A DNA stretch of 64,000 bases from Raillietiella orientalis (taxonomy: Eukaryota): NCBI GenBank assembly GCA_036172245.1, contig JAYWIR010000069.1:186001-250000 (forward strand). Direction: 5' to 3'. Positions 49,846-61,600 of this stretch are shown in pieces (position 1 is the first letter of the stretch; every line of letters starts with the position of its first letter). The translations under genes and the position numbers were made by a program. Under the pieces are notes generated by a model. The model was not told the DNA's origin. It searched no databases and saw nothing but the letters and a program-made list of their open reading frames with translations.

Positions 49846-50930
49846 GAAGTCAGCAATGCCATGCGGCTTTATCGTCTGATCGCTCCGGGGCGTTTCCTTG
49901 ATGAAAGATGAACCAGGGTCAGTAACTCGGGTCCCAGCCGAAGACAACAGTTCGAGGACAGGACCCACCGACACTCCGGTCACGGCATCTGAGAGCTGGA
50001 GACGAAAGGGAGGAGACAAGAAATGCGTGGCAAGATGCGTGGGACTTTGGTTAGTCCCGTTCCTTCTGGAAAAGCAAAAGTCCAGAACGGGTGGGACGAG
50101 AGAACAATAAGTAAATGAATGAGGGGCGGGTGTGAGGGCAGGGTTCGTCCGATCCTTCTTTTCCGAACCGGTGCTGGATGGGGCGATCTCTGCTTCCACT
50201 TCCGCTTCCAGGTAAGGTCACTTCGCAGCCGTCCACAAAGAGGCGCGCGCGCGGCTGCCATGCGGGTGACCTCCCTGGGCCGCGCCTGCGTCCGCAGGAT
50301 GCGCAGGGCTGTGACGGTGGCGCGGACGCAACGCACGTCGTCGCGATCGCAGTGCCGGTCGAGTGTCCTCCACGCGCGAAGAACCGCCGCGGCAGGCGCC
50401 CCGGGCGAAGTCCCCTCCAGATGCAGCGAACTGTGGACGAAGCCAGCCTCCGCCACGGTTCGCCCAGGTCACCGCATCCGGAAAGCAGGCGCGGCGGGAT
50501 CGACTCCATCGACCCGAACCTAGCGCCCGAGGTACGACTACGCAGCTCTCCCGGAAGAGAGGTGCCAGCGCCGGTTGCCTCAATGCAGAGACAGCAGCAC
50601 AGCCCGTTCCCGCGTCACGGGGGAACACGAATGCGTCCCGTCTACAGTTCTACTTGGCAGTTCGCATCACCGAAGGAGTCCCTTCGCCGTGGCGTACGGT
50701 GTGATGGCGTCTTCCGGCAGCCAAAGAGTTTCGCTTCTCCAGCGACGGTGCACAACTCCCACCTCGCTGGTGGGCTACCGCACTGGACTCTTGTCCCGAG
50801 GGCAGACGAGGCCGCGGCGGGAGGCGTGGTGGCCAGGTTCCTCAACTTCTTCTGTTCGTGCAGCACTTTTTCCAAAGAAGGAAGAGTAGTCTCAGGGGAC
50901 GAAGTGCTTCCGGCTGCATTTCCTGGAACG
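49846..50930 (-). repeat. Copy C (direct relative to A) of the triplicated segment
   Basis: Near-identical to 30661-31747, including the non-LINE flank that begins GAAGTCAGCAATGCC. Confidence 0.95.
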
Positions 50931-50976
50931 CGGCCCAGGACGACCTCCTGCCGCCTAGAGGTAAAGTGTAGGGTGT

Positions 50977-51560
50977 CGCTTTTCACCGGAGCACGCGGGA
51001 CGTTTCTTAAAATTCAATGAAACTTTCAAATTGTGGTATTGATACGTAGGGTCCTACACGCTCAGTTTGTCTATGGACCTTCCGGGTGTAGATCAGCGAG
51101 GTTCACTTTGGCAGCGGAAGGGAGGATGAAACAAAGGAAAAATAAATAAATAAAAAAGACACTAGGAGGGCTGGAAAGGGATCACAGTTTGTTGTGGAGG
51201 AGTCTTCTGCATCCTTTCCAGGATGCCGGCTAGGTCAATCCTGATTACATCCACTTGGGACCATCTTGCTGCTATCCTCAGAAAGCGGATAGCACAGTGG
51301 ATGGCATCCCTGTCGTTCGGTGCTCCTTCAGTTTCGCCCCAGGCTTCCAAAATCCCGCGGGCACAGCAAAGCACTGCTGAGGCTGAGGCTGGCGGAAGGG
51401 CATCCCCCACAAAGAGGAATCGTGAAACGTCCCGTGCGGATGGAGGGACCATGAAGCGACGAGATCAGTCCATGTAGCTTCGTCCGGGGTTATGTCAGCT
51501 GACTTCCCTCCTGTCGAGAGCCAGGAGAACGAATGTGATCCCGATAATCGACTAGTGCCA
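50977..51560 (-). mobile_element. L1/Tx1-like ORF2 3' end with 3' UTR
   Basis: FLFVGDALPPASASAVLCCARGILEAW is homologous to 40287-40709. Terminal stem-loop at about 50980-51003. Confidence 0.7.
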
Positions 51561-52826
51561 AGGAATCGATATGACGAACCGAGATAAAGGACGAACCATC
51601 TACGAGCAGGTGCAGGGGAGAGACTCTCTTTCGTCTCACCTGCCGCCGCTGAGGCTCGCACTCCCCCGGACCCGCTGCTGAGATGAGCCCAGCCGGTCTG
51701 CGCACCAGCGATCCGGCAGGTCAATTGTAGATCAGCCATGTAGTCAGCTACATGCCTCACCATGGCAGTTGTGTGCCTATTGATCACCAATAAAAGCCCG
51801 GGTGCACTCGGATGACAATCGAATCCTCTGCAAGAACGTTCCACTTCTAGCTAGAAAAGTCTTCTCATTGTGGCCTCTCCAAGGAAAACACTCCCTCCCT
51901 CTTGGGTGTTCCACCGAGCGTGCGATTCAACCTCGAACCCGTGCCTTTGCGCCTGTCTCCCATCTTCTTTAGCCTTTTCCTCTTTATTCTGCCTCCCGAG
52001 GAAGCTCTTTAAACTGAAGCGTTTCCGATCTCCGGCAGCTTCAGTCGGCCTCACGAGAAAACGGAAGCTGATCAGCGGCCAGAATCTGGCGGAGTAGCCG
52101 GGTCTTGCAAACACCCGTGGGGATTTCCCTAGAGCCGCAATGAGGGGAATGTCTTCTGAGAAAGGGGGGCAATTCGGAGGCGTGTGATAGGGGAACATGC
52201 AACAAGAAGAATGAATCGTTGTTGGTGCTCCTCCGACCGTAATTTGACATCGGCATGATGGCGCCTCCGAGTTCGTGCGCTGCTCGCGTCTAGCTCGCCA
52301 TTTTGTGGTCCTCCCTCCTCCGCGCTCCTGGAATGACTTTCACCTTGCCTCAAGGGATTTGAAAGAGGACCAGCTGGGGAAGACACGCACTTTGGGGAAC
52401 ACGGAGGTCCCGAAGACACGCGCGCTCTCGGCGTAGGGACGGTGGACTAGGCCCCTGACGCCGAAGCGGACGGAGCGACGGCAGGCCCTGGAGGCCGTGT
52501 GCGGCACCACTTACAGGTGCGTTCCTGAACGCGTCCTCTCGCTCCGGAGAACTCGCATCCCCCCTCGTCTGCGACCGTCCCGGAGACTGCCCCGGTGAGG
52601 CAGGCGGTAGTCTTGACCGCGTCTGGATCCCCTTCTCTCCTGGAAACTGCGGCGCTTCTGAAAAAAGGAGAGAGTTCAGGCATGGGCGAGTACGGACGGT
52701 CGCGAACACGGAAAAAGCGCAGCGCCTGCGGCGTTCAGGGCGCGCTCGCTGCTCGTTGCGGGGCGAGAGCGAGAAGGCTTGTCGAACGACCCAGGGAGAA
52801 CTCGCAAGTCCAAGGAACGCCGCCCT

Positions 52827-53089
52827 CCGTTCGAGAGGACAGCGACGGTGGACGCAACCCTCAAGATGAGAGGTGACCGGCGAGGTGGAAAATGACGTTG
52901 GGATGCAGGACGGCTGCGTCAACTCGCTGATGCGCTGCCCTTCCCGGTGGACTTATCCTCGGAGCCGATCTCCTCGAAACCCTCCAAGAAGACGTGTGGA
53001 CCCCCGAGACGTTTTTTGGAGAGTTCCGTACTTTCTCTGTAAGACTCGGCGTTGTGCCTGTTGCATTGGGATGTCCTGTGCAGTGGCGC
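52827..53089 (+). repeat. Direct duplicate of the first 263 bases of the window
   Basis: ORFs 47-505 and 52873-53118 share nearly identical N-terminal translations at a constant offset of 52826. Confidence 0.95.
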
Positions 53090-54869
53090 ACCAGTTTCAC
53101 CCGGTTGTCCTGGGATAATTCTTTTCCAGCAAACAGGCCATGTAGACGAACAAATCCACTCATCTATAAAAGATGCACGGAGAACCACCGATCATCAGGG
53201 CAGCTACATAGGAGGGCAGGAAGGGTGTAGGGGAAGGAACAGGAAAGATAGATAAGAAGAAAGGAGGAGAAGGGACAGAGGTCACCAGTCACACCCGTCG
53301 CGTTTTTTGAAACCTGCATGCGATGCAGTTGGATTTCCCCCTTCACTCTATCATCCTTTGGAAATCACTTTGACATGACATTCCTCGTAGCTCAGGTGAG
53401 GCGTGTGGGCTCCTGGCTGGCACGCCTCCTCGGGGATGCGGGACATCAGGATCCCTCTGGGGCGACTCAGGATCGGACAATCAAGGAAGCAGGCGGAAGT
53501 TCCGCGCCACGAGCGAAGGGGCATCGCAGCAGCACTTCCGGGCTTGTCCTCCGGTCGGAGTAGGGCGATCCGCGAGGAGTTTCTTATGCACTCTGAGGGC
53601 CACTGCTGTCCAGCAGCAGGCGCGTATGAGTTTCCACCTCCCCGCAGCCGGAGCAGCACGGGGAGATGCAGCGTTCTTTTTATTTCCTCCAGGGCAACTG
53701 CTCTACATGGTTGTGGACGGGGCGTACACCTCCACCTCTGGACCAGGGGAAACATCAGGTAGTGAGGATCTGCTGAGCAATCCTGCTGCATCCTTGCAGG
53801 TTGGGCTTGCCCCCACCCACCCAACTCTGAGAGGCCTTCTAGTTTACCTCCTTCTTTCACCCTCAAGGCCGTGTATCCGATCAGAGACCAAGATGGCGTG
53901 CCTTACATCGCTGCGTCGGCCGGTACCCTTGAGACTCTTTGGTCCTGGCTTCTGCCCGGGTGGCGCCGTCTCCTCCGACTGGCTCCGAGACTTCCGATTT
54001 CCGGGATGCTATGCCTTCATCTCCGTGTGGAAGGGTGGTCAGCTTCATCCCTTCCCTTGCTAGTTGCTGAACGCACGCGGAACCGCTGAAGAGAAGAATC
54101 AACCAGATGGCAAGCACTTGGAAACCTTCCGACACCTGCCATCCGCGCACGAGCGCATTGCCTCCCGGGACCTGCGCAGCGCTTCTCTGAGCGACCCCAA
54201 TGGACAATCGGAGGGACGTGGCGAAGACGCCTACTAGCGCGCGAGACGCCATGTCATCTGCGGCGGTCACAGCGCTGCACTGCCTTCGAGTAGGAGAATG
54301 GAGGTGGAAGGAAGACATCATGGCGGAGGTCAAAGATGCCGTCCCTACCGTCTCCCCCTTCCTCGGGACCAAGGAAAGATGCTCCGCTCGTAATGCGTCC
54401 GGAGGAGAAACATTCCGACATCCTGGAAAGGATGCTGATGACGCCAGGAAGGCTAGGGCACGAATATCCAGTGACCAAATAGAGGACCTGATCCCAGGTA
54501 GGATGACACTCGGCGCGCAGCGGAAGGCAGAGCTGGAATGATCAAGGCAACGCTATTTGCTGGGATCGAGCGATTGCCGTTGTCACCAAGAAAACATCTC
54601 CTCACCTCGTGTCGGTCTTGAGGAATTACGTGTAGGAGTCCGACATGTAGGTCCCCAGAACTGACACGAGTGCTCTTTCCGTGTCGGAGCCGTCCGCGTT
54701 CCATGCGCATTCCATGAAACACAGCCCAGAACTCAGCAGTCTCCTGTAGACAGGCATTGCAGTTCATTGGGCGATAGGAGATCCATGGTTAGGCTCCCAC
54801 TGAGGAGGCATTGCCCCTCTGAGACGCTTCCTACCGAACGTTTTATAAGTGGCGATGCAGGACACGGCA

Positions 54870-55895
54870 AATTGGTCGACCACCCATTGCCGCAGCACTG
54901 TCTTCCCTGAGGGCAAGAGACAACGGTAGCCCACCGGCGAGATAGGAGTTTTCCTGCATCATCCCGGAGAGCTGGAAGACGCGCGAGTTGGCGGATGCTG
55001 CCACACTCCGCGCACCCTGGAGACGGGACTCCCTAAGTGGAGAGTCAACTTTCGAGTGTGGCCCTCCGAGAAACTCGGGATCCCTCCTCGATGTCTGGAC
55101 GCTTCTGCGTTCCCGCTCTCCTGAGAACAGACCGCGCTGCTCTTCCTCCACTGAGGCTTCCGGTGCAACGAGCGGTGGCAACCTCGTGTCCGCGGGGGTT
55201 GCATCCCAGGACCGTGTCAGATGCGGGTCAGAGAAGTTGATGCATCTGTTCTTGGACTGCGGCGTCCTCCAGGAACCGTGGCGAAGGACCGCTTCTGCAA
55301 CAGCAAGAGAACACCGCCCGCGACCTTTTGCGGAGGTTTTTCTTGCGCGACGGACTTTCGACGCGCGCGGTGATCGCGACGGCATGTTGCGTCCGCGTCA
55401 TCATCACGGCCCACCACGCACTGGAGGCGACGATGCAGCAAAGGGGGGGTCAACGGAATGGCAACGCCGCCTATATGAGGACGGCCACAAAGTGGACTCA
55501 CCTCCAAGAAGATGTGAAGGAGATCGACACCTAGCGGCGGTTCTGAAAGCGAAGGAATGGCAGATACGGATGACCCTTGCCCCTAACCTCCCTTTATTCA
55601 CTTTGTTTTCGATGTTGCCCATTCCCTTTCGCTCCGAACCTTTCCCTGTTTTTACATATTCATCCTGATGTATGCGGAGCGAACCCAAAGACCCCATGCT
55701 CCATTCTTCCCGCATTTCCTCACTTTTTTGTTGCTCCCCTTCCCCTCCATCCCGTTCCGGACTTTTACATATCCTGACCTGCCTGTCGATGGACCCTTCC
55801 CAGAACTTCTTTTGTCTTCGATGGGGAACCAGCGTGTTCCTGAATGGCTTTTTTTCTATAGAATGAGCGCCCTGGCGTAACCGGGCCAAAAACTC
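54870..55895 (+). mobile_element. L1/Tx1-like ORF2 3' end with 3' UTR
   Basis: RCGSEKLMHLFLDCGVLQEPWRR (zf-RVT) and terminal CCCTGG-cgtaa-CCGGG. About 55450-55750 recurs at about 58390-58680. Confidence 0.75.
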
Positions 55896-58689
55896 CCACC
55901 ACTTCAAGGGGAAGGCGGGAATGTTATTAGAGGTAGAGCAGGAGCAGCACCAGGTCTTCTAGGGGAACCTGGAGAATCTGGACCCAAATTATCAGTCCTT
56001 CAGGTTTCCACTCGGGTCCGCCGGGGCATCTATTGTCGAGAAAGAAAAAAAACATACCAAGATAGTAGAACTGCTGGTCCTACCACGTCCAGCCAATGGG
56101 GAAACAGCACCGAGAAACCGGTGAGCGCACCGGTGCGAGGATGGCCTTCGCAGCAGAGGGAAAGGTAGAAAGACAATATGGGAACGAAGATGAGGAAACA
56201 AAGTTAGGGTGCATGGGAAGAGGTCGCAGCCTGCTGAGGGATTTTTTGGCATCCTCTTTGATGGTGCCGGAAAGTTCTTTTTGCATGTTCGTCTCGTTGC
56301 CCACAGCAAGAAGCGCAGTGCGAAGTTGATGGCGTTCCTGACGCTCCCCTGACGTTGCTCCAGGCAAGCCTCAATCCCGCGTAGGAAACAAAGAGATGCT
56401 CGGGGTGCAGACGGTGGAGACGCCTCGCGCACGAAGAGGGGTCTGAGTGCGCTCCTGTTGTCTCCACGCAGGAGTGCGAGGGTCGTTACCGCGAAGCGCT
56501 CCTGCAACGGGTCGCAGGGAAACGCAGCCCACGGGCAAGTGCGGGAAGGATTCCCCGCATCTGCTGCAGTCGGTATGCACCCATCCCTCCGGATCCAGTG
56601 ATGTCGATGGGGCGCTTCATGGGAGGCCATGATGCAGCAGCAGAAGAGCCGACTCACCCCCACTCGAGAGGGAGGGTGCGGTCGTTCAGGAGCTCTGGGA
56701 GCCACTTGAGATCCACAGGATTTACCCCGGTGCAAAAAAGTCCTTCAAGCTGGGCGCCCGGGGTCGCAGCGGAAGTCATCTGGTCTGCAGTTCAGCCTCC
56801 TAGAGTCTTGCACCTGGAGAAGATTCCACAGGAGACCTTTTCCGGTAGTTCGCGCTGCCGATGTGTTCTCTCGAGGCGCGCCGGACGGCACAGTCTGCAG
56901 CAGGCATCCAGGAAACCGGAAAGGCCCTTCGCATCTTCTGCAGGGTAAGGGAATCGCGTGAGGAGGCCCTGGCTGGAAGCATCCGGAGTGCAGCAAGAGG
57001 ATCCGATTCTTTCCGCCCACACACGCATCGAGGGATGCAGAACGACCTCCTGGAGCGGGCAGCTGTTGCAGAATAGACGCGCAGAAGCCTCTGCCGTGAC
57101 CCCGGTCTCGGCTTGCCGGTCTTCGCCCACGTTCCCTGGAAACCAGGCCCTGCTGTTCTCTGAGCGGCAGGAGATTCAGGTGTTCTCATCCTGGTCAATG
57201 AGATTGCGTTCGCCTTTGGGTGGGACGCCGGGAGCTGCAGAGTGTTGCCGAAGCAACGGGATAGCGGCTTCACTGAAGAGGAACGACTTTTGCTCCGCTC
57301 CCAACGACCGTTCAATTGTAAAAGTATGTCTCTTTTTTCAGGAGGGGTGGACAAACGCCAGGGACAATCGTGTGAAAAGTCACGAACTGCCGCCACAGTC
57401 GTCGCTTCACACGGCAGACCACTCCACCTTCGGCTACGAAACCTTTCCCGGTGACTCCCCAAAAGGTGGCAGGCTCTATGACGTGGTTGAGTGTCCTCAC
57501 CAGTGCCGGTGGCAGGAGATGATGTGCAGGATTCGAAGGTGAGAGGGAGTCGAGCGGGGTGGTCACGCCGGGACGCTTACGAATCATCGCGAGGAGCACG
57601 CGGTGATACTTCGCGCCTAGAGGCACGAAGGCGTTTCCCTCGCTACAGTCTCTCAGGACGTCCGAGGTCCCGCCTGTGGCTTCCACCGACACTTTGCGAT
57701 CTTTTTGTCCCCAGGCGACTCCACTTGAGGACCGCCTGAGACACGCCTCTGCTAGACCTGAGTACGTCTTTGGTACTCTTCCGTTATTCCGCCTAGCTCC
57801 CGGACCTCCGCGACGGCACCTTCAAAGAGAGGGCTGTCGCTGCGCACGCCACTCCTGTCATGCCGCCTTCCTAGAGGAAGCCCTTGACTCTTAGTCTGGC
57901 AGACTGTGCACCGATTGCATGGCTCTTCTTCTTCTTCCTTACTCTTCTATCTTGAATGAACATCTGAATGCCCAAAACCTCATGAGGCTCACTCGCAAGC
58001 ACACGTGCTTCTCAGCTTCCGCAAGAGGAAGAGGAATACCCTTCCTCCTTCTCCCTTCCTTCTCTTCCTCATTCTTCTTCCTCTTCTTTTCCTTTCTCTC
58101 TTCCTTTGAACCTCCTGGGTCCTTCCAAAAACCAAGGAACCGGTCCCCTTTGGGAGTTTCCCTCTCCAGGTATGCTCCAGGCTATGGCTCGCCGCGCTCA
58201 GGCGCAGGAAGGCTTCCTCTTTCCAGCACCTTCCGCGACGGGGGCCCACACCTCCAAGCGGCGTGTGGGTGAGCAGATCGCTTCCTAGGCAACTCCTGGT
58301 GCACCATCAGAACAACCGGAAGATGCTGAAATTCTTTGGGGATCTTCACGGGGTCCCCTTCCCGCCCCCAAGAAAGTCGGAAGGTCACCGGGACGGCAGC
58401 GCAGACTACATGAGGATGGACGCAAGGTGGCCTCACCTCCTAGAAGTGAAGGAGTGAAATCGACACCCAGAGGCGGTTCTGAAAGCAAAGAATGGCAGAT
58501 ACGGATGACCCTTTCCCTCAGCCTCCCTTTATTCACTTTGTTTTCAATGTTTCCCATTCCCTTTCGCTCCGGATCTTTTTCGGTTTTTACATATTCATCC
58601 TGATGTATTCGGAGCAAACCCAAAGACCCCAAGCTCCATTCTTCCCGCATTTCCTTACTTTTTTGTTGCTCCCCTCCGTCCCATTGGAA

Positions 58690-61600
58690 GGCCTGCCCAG
58701 AGCGTCGGCTCCGTGCCGGGTGAGGCCAGTGGCCCACGTCGGCTGCCGTTTCCACGGCACCCCGAAACGTGATGGAAGATCTGGGTATCCTTCCTCTCCC
58801 CACCCATCCATCCTCCTGCTGGAGATGCGGGGATGCTCGCGCCCTTACCCCGCCGTCCTCCTTGTCTCGCAGGCGACCGTGACCCTCGCACTCGAGTCCG
58901 AACAGGATTGTCAAGGAATCGGCCGCCTCTTCGTGGCGATCCAGCAGCGGCGCTGCCACCTGAAGGGGCCGCCGGCGCACTGGGGCTCAAGCCGCGTGCC
59001 AGTTCCTCCTCCAAATCAGAGGATGTGCTCGGCGTCGGCCAGTAGCGACCTCGCGAAGAGGTCGTCATTACTGATCTAGGATGACGGGAATTCTTTGAGT
59101 TGGGGGAAGGAAGGGGGTCTTTTGTTTTCGCTGCTTTCCTGTCAGCTGTTTTTGAAGTTTTTTGGGGGGGAGGTCTCCAAGTGCTGAAGAACCGTCTGCC
59201 GTCTGGGTGGGGGGGGGGGGTTAAGAAGCCTTTTAGCCTGTCCACGCCAATTGAGGACCCCTGTAACTCTTCAGGTTAGAGGGGTAACACAGAAAGGACC
59301 ACCCTATGAAAGCAGGAAGACTTCCGGAGGAAGAAGTTAGTCCGTCGGACCCCTAGGGAGAGATTCCCGAAGGTAACCGTCTCTTCCTCGTTCCCTCCGG
59401 AGGAACCCTCCGGAGGGATCACGCGTTCTTTGTTCACCAGAGGGACACCCCAGAAAGGATCTGCTCCTGGCTTCTTCCTATGAAGACAACCCCGAAGGGA
59501 CGCTTCCCTATTTCTCTGGTGGGCGCCTCCTTCCTTCTTCCACCTCCTTCCGTTTTGATGCTTCGGAGTGAACTCGACGAGGGTGGCGTCAGCCGCCTCC
59601 GTAGCACGGCTCTATTTTTGCAACTAGAGGGGAATTCCGAGGATACTTGACGGAAGGAGTCGGGAAGGTCGACTTCAAATCCCGGCTAATCGACGGGTGG
59701 GACGTACGGTCGCATCCACCGGGGCCGCATTCGCCGCACGCACCCCTTCGCTTCCCAGGGGGGATTCCAACCCCTTGCGCTCGGTGCCGCGCGCGGAGCC
59801 CGCAGACACGGCTTCGGGCAGGACAGCATCTTCGATGGATCGGCGCGCGCGCCACCAGCTCTTTTCCTTCCTCGTCGCTTCGTCTCCTGCGGTCGACTCT
59901 CCCACAGAGTACCCCCTTCCCCCTTTCTCCCTCCGTCGGCCGAATTTCCGCGACCGCGCCCTGCAGTTGCAAGGGCGGGAGCAACGCTTTGTGCCGCTGC
60001 GCCGCCCGCCAGAGCGCAGGGTGCGGCCAGCGGTCGACGTCGACCGCCGTTTCCACGGCACCCCGAAGCGGGAAGAAAAATTCAGGAACCTCCCCCACCT
60101 CCCCTCCAATCCACCTGCTGGAGATGCGGGGATGCTCGCACCCTCTCTCCGCTGTGCTCCTTGTCTCGTAGGCGACCACGGCCCTTTCACTCGGTCGCCA
60201 ACCTCGAATCTCTGGGTGATGAACGACCCAGCTCCTCCTGGAGCTGCGCAGGGGTCGGCCGGTACGCTCCTAAGCAACCGTTTCTTAGGCGCTCCTACGT
60301 CCACAGGACAGCTCTCGAAAGGCGAGTGAATGCTATCATCCTTACGAAACGGCGCGCCCTGATGTTGTCCCGTCTCGGTTTCCATGGCACCCTCGCACGC
60401 GGCGCCGGGAGATCCCGTAGCACAGGCGCGGTCGCTTGCTCCCTGGAGCGCTCGTCAGCTGATCCGGAAGGCGGTGCCCAGAATGGCACCTCTCTATCGG
60501 CCTGCAGGTTCTTCGCGCCGCCGCTTCGTAGCCCCCCTGCTACCGATACGCGGCTGCTCCGTCGGTGCCGGGGCTCCAGTCTGGCGCGCGCGCGAGGCAG
60601 GGTAAGGGAGGAGCCGACATCAACCCGCTGGGACCCCTCGAGCGCCGGTCGGCCCCGAAGGTGATGGATGGCCCGCCATTCGCGCCGCTCCCGGGAAGCG
60701 CTCGGCCGCGATGCGCCGGCTGGTCGGGAGAGCGGAGTGCCGTGGACGATCGATCCATCCGAAAAGTGGATAGCGTCCTTGCGGTGGAGCGCAGGACTCT
60801 CTTCCTCCTCCCGCGAGCTCCGGAAGCCTCGGGCCTTTCCAGGTATTTTTGCTCGAGCCTTCATCTCCCTGGAGCAGAACTTCAGCCTCCGGGTGCAACG
60901 GAGCGGAGAGAGGCAGATCCGGCATCGCTGGGTGCGTGGACTCCGGCTGCAGACGCTGGTGCGCTCTTCGAGGGCACCACTCTCGACGGGAGGGGTTAAA
61001 AAGAGAAGAAGAAAAAACTCTTGCAGCTGCCGCTGCTCGATCGGATCACCGCCGACCGCGACACCGCACGCGCGCGAGTGACCCGGCGCGAGTCGAGCAT
61101 AGGAAGCGAAAGGTCACGGCGTCCGGGGACACGGCGGAGCGTTTCCTGATGGGGATGAGGAAAGGATGGAATGAGGGACCGATCTTCTAGACTCGCGATT
61201 CCCTTTGCCCAGGGGTCTCGAACTGCCTGACACCCTTCGTTCGGAACGGTGCTTTCCAGCGGCGGCGCGCCGAGATCAGTTCCCGACACCCGAGGTCAGA
61301 AACACCCTCCCCCCTTCTCCCCCTTGGCGGTGTTGCTGCTGGGTCTCGGAGCGCGTGGCACTGGACGTTCGAATCGCGCCCGCAAGATGGGGGGGGGAGA
61401 TGCCGTGGGTTTCGATTCTCTCCGCTAGATGACGCTGGTCGGCCCCTTCGAATGCAGCATTTCTGGAAGCCGGAAACCCCTCGGGAAACTCCTGGATGCC
61501 CCCACTGACGGTCCAGGATTGATAAGTTGACACTCCTGGGTTCCCCCAGGACATCAAGGACCCTCGGGTTTCCCTATCTGGTTGTGAGTCCGTCCCCTCC

